Below are positions 32,590 to 44,055 of a stretch of 64,000 bases of DNA, piece after piece. The stretch covers positions 480,001-544,000 of the forward strand of contig CAWGJT010000010.1 of NCBI GenBank assembly GCA_963822965.1. Direction: 5' to 3'. The notes beneath the pieces are model-generated. The model did not search any database. It had not been told where the DNA came from and saw nothing but the letters and a program-made list of their open reading frames with translations. The translations under genes were made by a program, and so were the position numbers. This DNA is from an uncultured delta proteobacterium. Lineage in GTDB: Bacteria > Myxococcota_A > UBA9160 > UBA4427. Position 1 is the stretch's first letter. Every line of letters begins with the position of its first letter.

Positions 32590-35204
32590 GATTCCGTGAC
32601 GCCTGGCCTCGTCACGGGAAGCCAGAGCGAGCGCAGGGCGTGCGGGGGCAGGGCGAAGCGGATCTCGCCGTCCCCGTGCTCGAGCGCGCCGTCGGCCGGG
32701 CTCTCGTCGAGATGCACGAGGCGCGCGTCCGCGGCCGGGCGTGCGAGCCGCACGGTCGCCCGGACCGTGTCGTCTTTCCGGGTTCAGCAGCCGCAGCACG
32801 CTGCCGTGCCCCGACTCGGCGGGCTTCCACGCGGACACGAGCAGCCCGCGCGGCTCGACCTCGAGCAGTGCCTGTCCGGCGGGCCACAGGGGCTCGTCCC
32901 CGGCCGCCACCGCGCGCAGCCCCAGCTCGGCGTCACGCGCCAGTGTCGGCGCCTCTGCGGGGTCCGCCACGGCGAGCGAGAGCCGCACCTCGAGCGGCCC
33001 CTGGCATTGCGCGCCGGGCGTGGGCAGCGCCGGTCCCGCGTCGCCGGGACGGCTCGTGAGATCCGGGCGCGAGAGCCAGCCGGTGCACCGGAGCAGGGTC
33101 AGCGCGATGGCGCCGGTCTCGGTGATCTCGGCCTCGTTCAGGCCGGGTGCCATCACGACGAGACCGTCCCGCGCGATCCAGCCCTGCACCGGGAAGGTGT
33201 CCGGCGCCGGGTGGATCCATTCCCGGTCGTCCGGCCGCCCGCGCCGCCGCCGCACGGCGTCGAACGTGGTGCCGGCCATCGCCGCGGGCGCGTCGGGCCC
33301 CGACTGCGCCGGGGAGCAGGATCCGCAGACGGTGGTCCCGCGCCCGGTTCTCGATGCGGATCGTGAAGTCCACGCGCTCGATGCCCGGCGCCACGCGCGC
33401 CTCGACGGCCGTGTCGAGCGCGACCACCTCCCGGGCACGCGTCCGGCGGTCGGCCGCCAGGGCGACCGGCACGTGGAGCGTGCGCCGCACGACCAGGCGC
33501 TCGAGACCGTTCGGGTGCCGGAAGCGCTCCACCGAGCACGAGACGGCCTCGAGATCCGGGGTCCCGTGGGCGGGCGGCGCCGGATCGTAGTCGTAGGTGT
33601 CGCCGCGGTCGCCCGTGTCCTCGAAGGCGAGCAGGCCCTGGCGCACGCGGCCCACCGGTCTGCAGGGTGAAGGTGCCGTCCTCGGCTGCTTGCAGGCGCA
33701 GGGACTCGTTGCCGATCTCGCGCCCGGCGTCCACCGTCTCCGTCCACGGCTCGGAGCGCGCGAGCTCGAGGTGCTTCCAGCCGAAGGCGGGCACGTCCCG
33801 GGCCACGAACTCGAGGTCGTGGACGGGCTGGTCCGGCGCGAGCCGGGGCCGCTCGGTGCCCTCGTCCGGGACGAGGCGCGCCGGCAGGCCGTCGAGGGTG
33901 AAGCCGCGAGCCTGGTGGTTCTTGGAGAGGAGCGGGTGGACGCCCTGGGAGGTAGCGGTCGGAAAGCCGTCGAGCGGCAGCCGCACCACGTCGGTGCGCG
34001 GATGCGGAGACGGGTTGAAGACGGCGATCGAGACCGTCTTGCGCCGCCGTCCGGCGCCGTCCCGGGTGCGGATCTGGCGGTCGGCGCCCAGGCCCGCGAT
34101 CCGCTCGAGCAGGCGCGCGCTGGTCTCCCGGCCGAGCTCCTCCGCGGCGTCGTAGCGCGCGAGCATCTGGTCGTGGACCCGGTCCTGGGAGCAGCCGCAG
34201 ATCGAGTCGTGGGCCTGGTTGGCCAGCAGCTCCCGCCAGGCGAGTCGCAGGGAAGGGCGCTCGCAGGGCGTGCCCAGCGCGCGTCCGATCGCGGCGAACG
34301 GCTCGGCCCAGCCCTCGAGGCCGCTCTCGCAGGCACGGTTGCGGAGCTTGAGGTAGGTGCGCGTCGACCAGACGCCGGGCAGCAGGTTCGCCACCCGGCC
34401 GCCGCACAGCTCGCCCTCGAAGCGCGCCGCGGGCGGACCCTCGGCCTCGATGCCGGCGCTGTAGTCGTGCAGGAGCCCCCGGACCACCTGCCAGCCGGTG
34501 CGCCGGGCGAGGGCCTCGCTCACCTCGCGGGTGTTGGTGTCGGGGAGCATGTGGTCGACGCCGTTCATCAGCAGCACGCAGGGTCGCGGCGCCCGCTCCG
34601 CCAGGGTCTGGACCATCTTCTCCAGGCGGCCCGCCGCCTCTTCCACGTCCGCGGGGAGACCGTTGGCGTTGAAGTAGCCGCGTCCCAGGTGGCAGGCGAT
34701 CACCTCGCTCCCGTCCGGCGCCGCCCAGCGGTACTCGGCGGGCAGCTCCGCGATCTCGTTGCCGTTGCCTCGCCAGTAGATGAAGGGCCCGAGCCCGAAG
34801 CCGGCGAAGATCTGCGGGAGCTGGGCGGGATGCCCGAACGAGTCGGGCGTGTAGGCGACCGTCGCGCAGGGCCCGTAGTCCGCGGCCACCCGGCGACCCT
34901 CGAGCAGGTTGCGGACGTGGGCCTCGCCCGAGGGCAGGAAGGAGTCCGGCTGCACGTACCAGGGGCCGATGGCGACCCGTCCGGCACGGCAGGCCGCCTC
35001 GAGCTCGCTCCGGCGCTCCGGACGGATGGCCACGTAGTCCTCGAGGACGATCGTCTGGCCGTCGAGCTGGAAGTGGAAGCCCGGGTCCTCCGCCACCAGG
35101 TCGAGCACCCGGTCGATCGTGTCGACGAGGCGGGCCCGAAAGGACTGGAACGTGCGGTACCACTCCCGGTCCCAGTGGGTGTGCGAGACCAGGACGCAGC
35201 GCAT
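32590..35204 (-). CDS. Glycoside hydrolase family 38 (alpha-mannosidase/mannosylglycerate hydrolase-like), frameshifted
   Basis: SHTHWDREWY, LDGQT, GPWYVQPD, PDSFGH, NQAHDSICGCS; 3' end approximate. Confidence 0.88.
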
Positions 35205-35284
35205 CGTGGAGACCTCCATGCTCGGGCCCGTCGCCGAGCCGGTCGGCTGTGCGCCCGGCGCGCGACGCGGTGGCCGGCTGGCCG

Positions 35285-35354
35285 ACGGACCCCGCTGGGC
35301 TCCCTCGTGAGGCGGAACCGCGACCCCGGACTTCGTCTCGGGTCGCGCGCCTAG
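35285..35354 (-). repeat. REP-like element, copy C
   Basis: Reverse complement reads CTAG GCGCGCGACCCGAGAC-GAA-GTCCGGGGTCGCG GTTCCGCC TCACGAGGGAGCCC. Confidence 0.85.
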
Positions 35355-35839
35355 GCCGGCTCCCGGTAGTCCGGGTAGTGCTTGCGCGGCACCAGCTTCC
35401 GCCGCATTTCGTCGATGCCCCGCAGCACGTCGCGCCGGCTCACCTGGCCCACGAGACGGTTCCCCTCCATCACGGGGAAGCGGCGCACCGGCTTGTCGCG
35501 AAAGTACAGCGCCAGCCGGTAGATGTCGCAGTCCGGCTCGACGGTCTCGTAGCGTTCGGTCATGTAGTCGCGGACCCGGGACTCGTAGTCCTCGGAGTGG
35601 AACTGGTCGCTCGCGAGCACGCCCAGGCAGTCGAGCTCCTCGAGCATGCCGAGGATCTTGCCGTTCTCGTCGACGACCGGCGCTCCCGAGATCCGGCTGG
35701 CGACGAGCTTCTGGATGGCCTCGAAGACGCTCATGTCGGGCGTCAGGGTAATTACCGAGCCGACCATGACGTCCCGGGCGGTCGGAATCGCGTAGTGCTG
35801 CTGGGAACTGATTGGCGCAGACGACTGGGAATTGGCCAT
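35351..35839 (-). CDS. CBS domain protein
   Basis: ARDVM...ISGAPVVD; VRDYM...RRFPV...GQVSRRDVL. Confidence 0.88.
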   Translation of the reverse strand: MANSQSSAPISSQQHYAIPTARDVMVGSVITLTPDMSVFEAIQKLVASRISGAPVVDENGKILGMLEELDCLGVLASDQFHSEDYESRVRDYMTERYETVEPDCDIYRLALYFRDKPVRRFPVMEGNRLVGQVSRRDVLRGIDEMRRKLVPRKHYPDYREPA

Positions 35840-36203
35840 GACGTGGCTCCCTTTTCTGGCGCCGTCCGGCCGGCCTTCGCACCCGGCTCGGGTGACCGGC
35901 AGCACCTGCGCGGCTCGCGGCGCGCCGCGCGACCCCCGCAGAGTACGCCCTCGCGGGGTCGCGAGCCAAGCGCCCCCCAGGCGGACGCGCCCCGGCGCCG
36001 CCCCGAGGCCCGGGAATCGCCATTTTGGCCGCGCAGATACGTTGTCGGATTGCCGGGGCACCCCTAATCTCTGCCCCACCGCGACCGGGCCCCCCCGCGA
36101 TTCCAGCGCTCCCGTACGGGCGCAGGTCGCTCCACCGGTTCGCATGGAAGCCGAACGCAGAGAAGCGAAACACCCACGACTTCAGAGAAGCTGAAACCCC
36201 ACG

Positions 36204-37607
36204 ATGGCTCTTCACAAGATCGAGAAGGGGCTTGACCTCCCCATTATGGGCGTGCCGATCCAGGTGGTTCGGGAGCGCGTCCGTCCGCAGCGTGTCGGCC
36301 TGATGGCCGACGATTTCCCGGGCATGAAGCCGGCGATGCGGATCAAGGAGGGGGAGACCGTCAAGCGCGGCCAGGTTCTCTTCGAAGACCGCAAGAACCC
36401 CGGCGTGCTGCACACGGCGAGTGCGGCAGGACGCGTGATCGGCGTGCACCGCGGTGCGAGGCGGACGCTGCAGTCGATCGTGATCGACCTGTCGCCCGCA
36501 GAACGCGAAGCCGCGCGCCCCAACGACGTGCCCGACTCGGAGCTCGTCGCATTCGAGAGCTTCACGGGGCGAGACCCGCGCAGCCTCGACCGCGACCAGG
36601 TGAAGGCGCTCCTCGTCGAGTCGGGGCAGTGGACGGCGCTGCGGACGCGCCCCTACAGCAAGGTCCCCGCGGTGGATTCCGAGCCCTACGCCCTCTTCGT
36701 GACGGCGATGGACACGAACCCCCTCGCGCCCCTGCCCGAGGTGGCGCTCGACGGACGGCAGGCGGATTTCGACCGGGGCCTCCACGCGCTCTGCAAGCTC
36801 ACCCCCGGCACGACCTATCTCTGCGTCGACCCTCACTCGGGCATCGAGAAGGGCGTGACCGCGCCCGTAAAGGTCGAGCACTTCAGCGGACCGCATCCGT
36901 CGGGCACCGTCGGGCTTCACATCCACAAGCTCGCACCCGTGGGCCGGACCCGGACGGTCTGGCACATCCACTACGCGGACGTCGCGGCCATCGGCGCGCT
37001 CTTCGCGACCGGGAAGCTCGACGTGGAGCGCACCGTCTCCATCGCCGGGCCCGCCCGTGCAGGATCCGCGCCTGGTGCAGACGCGACTCGGCGCGGACGT
37101 GCTGGAGGTGGCGGGCGAGGGCTTCCGGGGGCCGTCGGACGACGAGGAGGTCCGGCTCATCGCCGGGTCGGTGCTGTCGGGCAAGAAGGCCATGGGCGAC
37201 GTGTTCGGCTACCTCGGCCGCCACGACCGCCAGGTGAGCGTGCTGCGGGAAGGGCGCGAGCGCGTCCTGCTGGGCTGGCTCGCGCCGGGCTTCGACGTCT
37301 TCTCGATCTTTCCCGTCTTCGTCTCGAAGCTCTTCTCGAGGAAGCGGTTCGCCTTCTCGACGAACACCCACGGCTCGCCGCGGGCCATGGTCCCATCGGC
37401 ATGTACGAAGAGGTCATGCCCATGGACATCCTGCCCACCTTCCTGCTGCGCTCCCTCATCGTCGGTGACGTGGAGCAGGCGGAGAGGCTCGGGGTACTCG
37501 AGCTCGACGAAGAGGACCTGGCGCTCTGCACCTTCGTGTGCCCGGGCAAGACGGACTACGGCCCGATCCTGCGCAGGAACCTCGAGATCCTGGAGAAGGA
37601 AGGCTGA
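36204..37607 (+). CDS. nqrA: Na+-NQR subunit A (frameshifted)
   Basis: HKIEKGLDLPI.G, LFEDRKNPGV, FVTAMDTNPL, GPHPSG, LELDEEDLALCTFVCPGK. Confidence 0.93.
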   Translation: MALHKIEKGLDLPIMGVPIQVVRERVRPQRVGLMADDFPGMKPAMRIKEGETVKRGQVLFEDRKNPGVLHTASAAGRVIGVHRGARRTLQSIVIDLSPAEREAARPNDVPDSELVAFESFTGRDPRSLDRDQVKALLVESGQWTALRTRPYSKVPAVDSEPYALFVTAMDTNPLAPLPEVALDGRQADFDRGLHALCKLTPGTTYLCVDPHSGIEKGVTAPVKVEHFSGPHPSGTVGLHIHKLAPVGRTRTVWHIHYADVAAIGALFATGKLDVERTVSIAGPARAGSAPGADATRRGRAGGGGRGLPGAVGRRGGPAHRRVGAVGQEGHGRRVRLPRPPRPPGERAAGRARARPAGLARAGLRRLLDLSRLRLEALLEEAVRLLDEHPRLAAGHGPIGMYEEVMPMDILPTFLLRSLIVGDVEQAERLGVLELDEEDLALCTFVCPGKTDYGPILRRNLEILEKEG

Positions 37608-38830
37608 TGGATCCGATCCGCCAGGCGCTCGACAAGGCGGCACCCCTCTTCGAGAAGGGAGGGAAGCTCGAGAAGTTCCACGCCCTGTACGAGATGAACG
37701 ACACCATCCTCTACTCGACGGGGCACGTCACGGCCACGGCGTCCCACGTGCGCGACGGGATGGACCTGAAGCGCATGATGTTCGGCGTCGTCGTGGCCCT
37801 TGTGCCGTGCATCCTCTGGGCGATGTACAACACGGGCTACCAGGCGCAGTTCGCGATCGCGAGCGGCGCCGTGCCGCTGGACACCTGGCAGACCTGGCTG
37901 CTCCAGCAGGTGGGCTTCTCGTTCACCAACACGAACTTCGTCCTGTGCGCGATCCACGGGGCCCTCTACTACCTGCCGGTGCTGGTCGTGACGATGGCGG
38001 CCGGCGGTGCGGTGGAGGCGACCTCCGCCATGATCCGCGGGCACGAGGTGAACGAGGGCTTCCTCGTCACGGGCATGCTCCTGCCCCTCACCCTGCCGCC
38101 GACATCCCCCTGTGGATGGTGGCCCTCGGGACGCGTCTTCGCGGTGGTGATCGGCAAGGAGGTGTTCGGCGGCACGGGGATGAACTTCCTGAACCCCGCC
38201 CTGGTGGGGCGCGCCTTCCTCTTCTTCGCCTATCCGGCCTACATGAGCGGCGACGTCGCCGTGGATCGCGGCCAACTTCAGCGGGGTCGACGCCTTCAGC
38301 GGGGCGACCTGGCTCGCCCAGGCCGCCGTGAGCTCCACGGCCCTGCGAGGCGGCGAGCTGGTCGAAGGCGTTCTTGGGGCTGATCCCGGGCTCGATGGGC
38401 GAGACCTCGACGTTCTGCTGCCTGCTCGGCGCCGTGCTTCCTGATCGTCCACGCGGATCGGCTCCTGGCGGAGCATGGCGGGCGTCGTGGTCGGGAACGA
38501 TCGCGATGACCCTGGTGCTGAACCTCGCGGGCTCCCAGACCAACCCGTTCTTCGCAGGTGCCCTTCTACTGGCACATGGTGCTCGGCGGCTGGGCCTTCG
38601 GCACCGTATTCATGGTCACCGACCCGGTCTCGTCCGCGTTCACGGACCGGGGTCGCTGGCTCTACGGCATCGGGATCGGCGTGCTGTGCATCCTGATCCG
38701 CGTCGTGAACCCCGCCTATCCCGAAGGGATGATGCTCGCGATCCTCTTCATGAACATGTTCGCGCCGCTGATCGACCACTTCGTCGTGCAGGCGAACATC
38801 CGCCGACGTGAGGCCGGCTATGCAACATAG
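37607..38830 (+). CDS. nqrB: Na+-NQR subunit B (frameshifted)
   Basis: [38 protein letters not shown] site [18 protein letters not shown]. Confidence 0.93.
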
Positions 38831-39637
38831 TACGCGCTACATCCTGCTCTTCGCGGCGGCGGTGTGCGGCATCTGCTCGGTGTTCGTGGCCGGCGCCGCC
38901 GTCCTGCTGAAGGACCGCCAGGAGGTGAACGTCGCGCTGGACCGGCAGAAGAAGGTGCTGACGGTCGCCGGTCTGATGCAGGAGGGCGAGTCGGTCTCCC
39001 GGGCCGAGGTCACGCGTCTCTTCGACGAGAACATCGTGCCGGAGGTCGTCGACCTCGAGCACCGGCGAGCCGCCAGGAGAACATCGACCCGACCGACCTT
39101 CGACCAGCGCAAGGCGACGGCCGATCCCGCGACCAGCCACGAGGCGCCGCCCAATCCGGCCAAGGTCCGGCGTCTGCCGAAGGACGGACTCGTCTACCGG
39201 GTCGTGAAGGACGGAAAGCTCCAGGCGATCATCATCCCGATCGAGGGCAAGGGGCTGTGGTCCACGCTCTACGGCTTTCTGGCCCTGGCGCGCCGACGCG
39301 CGCACCATCGTCGGCATCACGTTCTACGAGCACGGCGAGACCCCGGGCCTGGGCGGCGAGGTCGACAATCCCCGCTGGAAGGCGCTGTGGAAGGGCCGCA
39401 AGGCCTACGACCCCCAGGGCCAGCCGGTGATCGCCGTCAAGAAGGGCGTGGCGGGTCCGCCGGAGACGGATCCCGTACGAGGTGGACGGTCTCTCGGGGG
39501 CGACCATCACGAGCCGCGGCGTGGGCAACCTCGTGCGCTTCTGGCTCGGCGAAGATGGCTTCGGCCCCTACCTGAAGCAGGTCCAGGAACACCGGCAAGC
39601 CGATGCAGGACCCGAGCGAGTGGGAGGAAGCACCTGA
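38820..39637 (+). CDS. nqrC: Na+-NQR subunit C (frameshifted)
   Basis: [34 protein letters not shown] site. Confidence 0.92.
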
Positions 39638-40310
39638 TGGCGCACCACGACCGAGAAACGCTGCTCGATCCGCTCTTCAACAACAACCCGATCGCGCTGC
39701 AGGTGCTCGGCATCTGCTCGGCGCTGGCCGTCACCACGAAGATGAGCACCGCGCTCGTGATGAGCCTGGCGGTGACCGGCGGTGATGCTGGGCTCGAACG
39801 TCGCGATCAGCGCGATCCGCAACCAGATCCCGTCGAGCATCCGCATCATCGTGCAGCTGACGATCATCGCCTCGCTGGTGATCGTGACCGACCAGATCCT
39901 GAAGGCCTATCTGTTCGACATCAGCAAGCAGCTCTCGGTCTTCGTCGGCCTGATCATCACGAACTGCATCGTGATGGGCCGCGCCGAGGCGTTCGCGATG
40001 CAGAACACCGCTGAAGCTCTCGGCCCTCGACGGCATCGGCAACGGCCTGGGCTACTCGGTCGTGCTGATGTCGGTCGCGTTCATCCGCGAGCTCTTCGGC
40101 AGCGGCAAGCTCTTCGGCTACACGGTGCTGCAGCCGGTGACCGAGGGCGGCTGGTACGTGCCGAACGGCCTGATGGTGCTGGCCCCCGCGGCGTTCTTCC
40201 TGATCGGTGGATTCATCTGGATCATTCGCAGCTGGAAGCCCGAGCAGGTGGAGGAGGAGTTCCATGTTGGAGCACTACTTGAGCTTGGCAACGAAGGCCA
40301 TCTTCGTTGA
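39637..40310 (+). CDS. nqrD: Na+-NQR subunit D (frameshifted)
   Basis: [39 protein letters not shown]. Confidence 0.92.
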
Positions 40311-40878
40311 GAACATGGCGCTGGCCTTCTTCCTCGGGATGTGCTCGTTCCTGGCCGTCTCGAAGAAGGTGGAGACCGCGATCGGTCTGGGCGGCGCGGT
40401 CATCTTCGTGCTGGCCGTCACCACGCCGCTGAACCAGTTCCTGCACTCGCAAGTTCCTGGAGGAGGGCGTCTCTCGACTGGATGGGGCTCCGGAACGTGA
40501 ACCTCTCGTTCCTCACCTTCCTGGTGCTGATCGGGACGATCGCGGCGACGGTGCAGATCGTGGAGATGGCGCTCGACCGCTACTCGCCGGGCCTCTACAA
40601 CGCCCTGGGCGTGTTCCTGCCGCTGATCGCGGTGAACTGCGCCATCCTGGGCGCGTGCGCTCTTCATGGTGGAGCGCGACTACACCTTCGCCGAGGCGTC
40701 GGTCTTCGGCCTCGGCTCGGGGATCGGCTGGGCGCTGGCGATCGTGGCGCTGGCCGCCGTCCGCGAGAAGCTGCGCTACAGCAACGTGCCGCCGCCGCTG
40801 CGCGGGCTCGGCATCACCTTCATCATCGTCGGTCTGATGGCGATCGGCTTCATGGCCTTCTCCGGCATTCAGCTCTAG
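40264..40878 (+). CDS. nqrE: Na+-NQR subunit E (frameshifted)
   Basis: [36 protein letters not shown]...FSGIQL. Confidence 0.92.
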
Positions 40879-40908
40879 CAGCTCGGGAATCCAGCTCTCG
40901 CAACGGAC

Positions 40909-42158
40909 GTGGACGAACGCGACATGATCACGGTCATCTACGGCGTCATCGGCTTCACCGTCATCGATCCTCGTGCTCGTGCTGGTGCTCCTCGCGGCCA
41001 AGAGCCAGCTCGTGACCAGCGGCGACGTCACGATCCACATCAACGACGATCCGGACAACGACCTCGACGGTGCAGGCCGGCAGCACGCTGCTCAGCACCC
41101 TGGCCGCCAACCACATCTTCATCCCCTCGGCCTGCGGCGGGCAAGGGCACCTGCGGCGTCTGCCGGGTGAAGGTGCTCGAGGGCGGCGGCGCGATCCTGC
41201 CCACCGAGCTCGGCCACATCACCCGCGGCGAGGCCCGCGAGGGCTGCCGCCTGTCCTGCCAGGTGAAGGTCAAGCAGGACATGAAGATCGAGATTCCCGC
41301 CGAGGTCTTCGACGTCCAGCAAGTGGAAGTGCAGGGTGCGCTCGAACCACAACGTCGCCACCTTCATCAAGGAGCTCGATCCTCGAGCTGCCCGAGGGCG
41401 AGGAGGTGCCCTTCCGGGCCGGCGGCTACATCCAGATCGAGTGCCCGCCGCACGAGGTCGCACTACAAGGACTTCGACATCGAGGAGGAGTACCGCGACG
41501 ACTGGGACAAGTTCGACGTGTGGCGGTACGTCTCGAAGGTCGACGAGACGGTCGACGCGCGCCTACTCGATGGCGAACTACCCGGAAGAGAAGGGCATCA
41601 TCATGCTCAACGTGCGCATCGCCTCGCCGCCGCCGCGCATGCCCGACGTGCCGCCCGGGCAACATGTCCTCCTACATCTTCAGCCTCAAGCCGGGCGACG
41701 AGGTGACGATCTCCGGGCCCTTCGGCGAGTTCTTCGCCAAGGACACCGACAACGAGATGGTCTTCATCGGCGGCGGCGCCGGCATGGCGCCCATGCGCTC
41801 GCACATCTTCGACCAGTTCCGGCGGCTGCACACCAAGCGCAAGGTGAGCTTCTGGTACGGCGCGCGCAGCCTGCGCGAGGCCTTCTACATCGAGGACTTC
41901 GACGCGATCGCGGCCGAGAACGAGAACTTCGAGTGGCACCTCGCCCTCTCGGAGCCCCTGCCCGAGGACAACTGGACGGGCTACACGGGCTTCATCCACC
42001 AGGTGCTCTACGACAACTACCTCAAGGACCACCCGGCGCCGGAGGACTGCGAGTACTACATCTGCGGTCCGCCGATGATGAACGACGCCGTCATCCAGAT
42101 GCTCACCGACCTGGGCGTCGAGCCCGAGAACATCATGTTCGACGACTTCGGCGGCTGA
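40909..42158 (+). CDS. nqrF: Na+-NQR subunit F (frameshifted)
   Basis: [49 protein letters not shown]. Confidence 0.93.
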
Positions 42159-42172
42159 TCGCAGGGCGGGGG

Positions 42173-43258
42173 ATGGGCGCCCCGCTCGTCCAGCGCGGAC
42201 TCACGCGCCGCGTTCGGGTGATGCTCGCCGTCGCCGTGGTGGTGCTGGCCGCCGCGACGATCCACCGGCTCCTCTTCGCGGATCTCCCCGGTCCGATCTT
42301 CGAGTTCGCGGGCCCCACCATGGGCACCAGCTTCCTCGTGAAGGTGGCGGCGGCCTCGATGTCGCCGGGGACGCACGAAGAGATCGCGCGCACCCTCACG
42401 GATCGCCTGAAGCGGGTGAACGCCATGATGTCCACGTGGGATCCCGACTCGGAGATCTCGCGCTTCAACCGCCACGCCGGAACGGATCCCTTCCCGGTCT
42501 CGCCGGAGACCGCGCGGGTGCTGGCCGTCGCCCGGGAGGTGAGCGAGCGCTCGGGCGGCGCCTTCGACGTGACCGTGCGGCCCCTCGTGCAGGCGTGGGG
42601 CTTCGGGGACGGGGCGCGAAGGTGCCCGGGGGGCCCGAGCGAGGAGGAGCTCGCCGCCCTGCGCGAGCGGGTCGGGTGGCGCCGGGTTCGCGTGGGCGCG
42701 GACGGCCGCAGCCTCGTCAAGACCCGGCCCGACGTCACGTGCGACCTCTCCGCGATCGCCAAGGGCTACGCGGTGGACGCGCTGTCCGACGATCTGCTGC
42801 GGCTGGGCTTCCGGAACCACCTGGTGGAGGTGGGTGGGGAGCTGCGGGCCCGCGGCCGCAAGCCGGACGGGGATCCCTGGCGGGTGGCCATCGAGACGCC
42901 CCGCTCCGAGGGCGGTCGCAGCGTGTTCGACGTGGTGCTCCTGGACGACATGGGCATGGCCACGTCCGGCGACTACCGCAACTACTACGAGCGGGACGGC
43001 GTGCGCATCTCGCACACCATCGACCCCCGCGACGGCCGCCCGATCCGCCACGGGCTCGCCTCGGTGACGGTGCTGCATCCCGAGACCATGTGGGCCGACG
43101 CGTGGGCGACCGCCCTGGACGTGCTCGGTCCCGAGGTCGGATTCGATCGAGCCGAGGAGGAAGGCCTTCCGGCGTACTTCATCGTTCGCGAGCCGAGCGG
43201 CGGCTTCGAGAGCCGCGAGACGTCGAAGCTCGTCAGCCTGCGCGCGGCGTCCCCCTGA
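42173..43258 (+). CDS. apbE: FAD:protein FMN transferase
   Basis: [45 protein letters not shown]. Confidence 0.93.
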   Translation: MGAPLVQRGLTRRVRVMLAVAVVVLAAATIHRLLFADLPGPIFEFAGPTMGTSFLVKVAAASMSPGTHEEIARTLTDRLKRVNAMMSTWDPDSEISRFNRHAGTDPFPVSPETARVLAVAREVSERSGGAFDVTVRPLVQAWGFGDGARRCPGGPSEEELAALRERVGWRRVRVGADGRSLVKTRPDVTCDLSAIAKGYAVDALSDDLLRLGFRNHLVEVGGELRARGRKPDGDPWRVAIETPRSEGGRSVFDVVLLDDMGMATSGDYRNYYERDGVRISHTIDPRDGRPIRHGLASVTVLHPETMWADAWATALDVLGPEVGFDRAEEEGLPAYFIVREPSGGFESRETSKLVSLRAASP

Positions 43259-43307
43259 GCGGCTCCGGGCGGGACGCTCCGAGAGCGCCTGCTATTCTTG
43301 GCCCCGC

Positions 43308-43481
43308 ATGGAGACCTTCCTCGCCGCATTCGTGCTGTTCGCCGTCGTCATGGGCGCCATGGGGATCGGGGTGCTCGTGCACGGGCGCAGCCTGAAGGGG
43401 TCCTGTGGTGGCCCCGGCGGGGACTGCCCGTGTGACGAAGCCGCGCGTCGCGAGTGCGAGCTCAAGCGACGAGCCGACTGA
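43308..43481 (+). CDS. nqrM: Na+-NQR maturation protein NqrM (57 aa, not in ORF track)
   Basis: METFLAAFVLFAVVMGAMGIGVLVHGRSLKGSCGGPGGDCPCDEAARRECELKRRAD: TM helix, KGSCGG, four Cys, directly after apbE. Confidence 0.85.
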   Translation: METFLAAFVLFAVVMGAMGIGVLVHGRSLKGSCGGPGGDCPCDEAARRECELKRRAD

Positions 43482-43517
43482 TCCCCGGCGCCCGGATCGT
43501 CGCCGGGCCGATCTTCG

Positions 43518-43611
43518 GCCGATCCGACTCAGCCGATTCAGCCGATCCGACTCAGCCGATTCAGCCGATCCGACTCAGCCGATCCGACTCAGCCGATCCG
43601 ACTCAGCCGAT
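43518..43611. repeat. Mixed 14-bp/9-bp tandem repeat
   Basis: GCCGATCCGACTCA x5 interspersed with GCCGATTCA x2; overlaps the RidA stop codon. Confidence 0.9.
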
Positions 43612-43983
43612 ATAGGCGACGGCGTCGATCTCTACCGCCGCGCCGAGCGCGAGCGCCGCTCCGCCCACGGTGATGCGCGCCGGGGGGTCGCTCCCGATGA
43701 CCTCGAGGTAGGCGGCGTTCATCTCCGCGAACGTGTCCATGTCCGCCAGGAAGACGTTCACCTTGACCAGGTGCTCGAGCCCTGCGCCGCAGCCCTTCAG
43801 GATGGTCTCGATGTTGCGCAGGGTCTGGGTGGTCTGGGGACCCGTTCCGCCCTCGACGAGGGTGAAGCTGCCGGCTCGGGTTCCCAGGGTGCCGGAGACG
43901 TGGACGAACCCGCCCGCCACCACCGCGTGGCAGAACGCGGGCAGCTTGCCCAGGCCGTCGACGTTGACCTTCTTCGCCTTCAT
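43603..43983 (-). CDS. RidA/YjgF family protein
   Basis: VHVSG, VKVNVFL.D..FAEMNAAY, PPAR, VEIDAVA. Confidence 0.9.
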   Translation of the reverse strand: MKAKKVNVDGLGKLPAFCHAVVAGGFVHVSGTLGTRAGSFTLVEGGTGPQTTQTLRNIETILKGCGAGLEHLVKVNVFLADMDTFAEMNAAYLEVIGSDPPARITVGGAALALGAAVEIDAVAYIG

Positions 43984-43994
43984 CTCGTCACGCT

Positions 43995-44040
43995 CACGGC
44001 TTCGGTCTCCTGGAATCCACGGCTTCGGCCTCCTGGAATC
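43995..44040. repeat. 23-bp tandem duplication
   Basis: CACGGCTTCGG(T/C)CTCCTGGAATC x2 plus a partial third copy. Confidence 0.85.
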
Positions 44041-44055
44041 CATGGCTGCGCGCCA

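Noticed and set aside
33153..37193. Very long ORFs in the track (1346, 1332, 1063, 1028 aa) as giant proteins
   Set aside because: They are stop-poor GC-rich extensions or frameshift chimeras that contain shorter real genes.
41336..43258. NqrF-ApbE fusion
   Set aside because: NqrF ends with canonical FDDFGG* at 42158; the joined ORF is a frameshift artefact.
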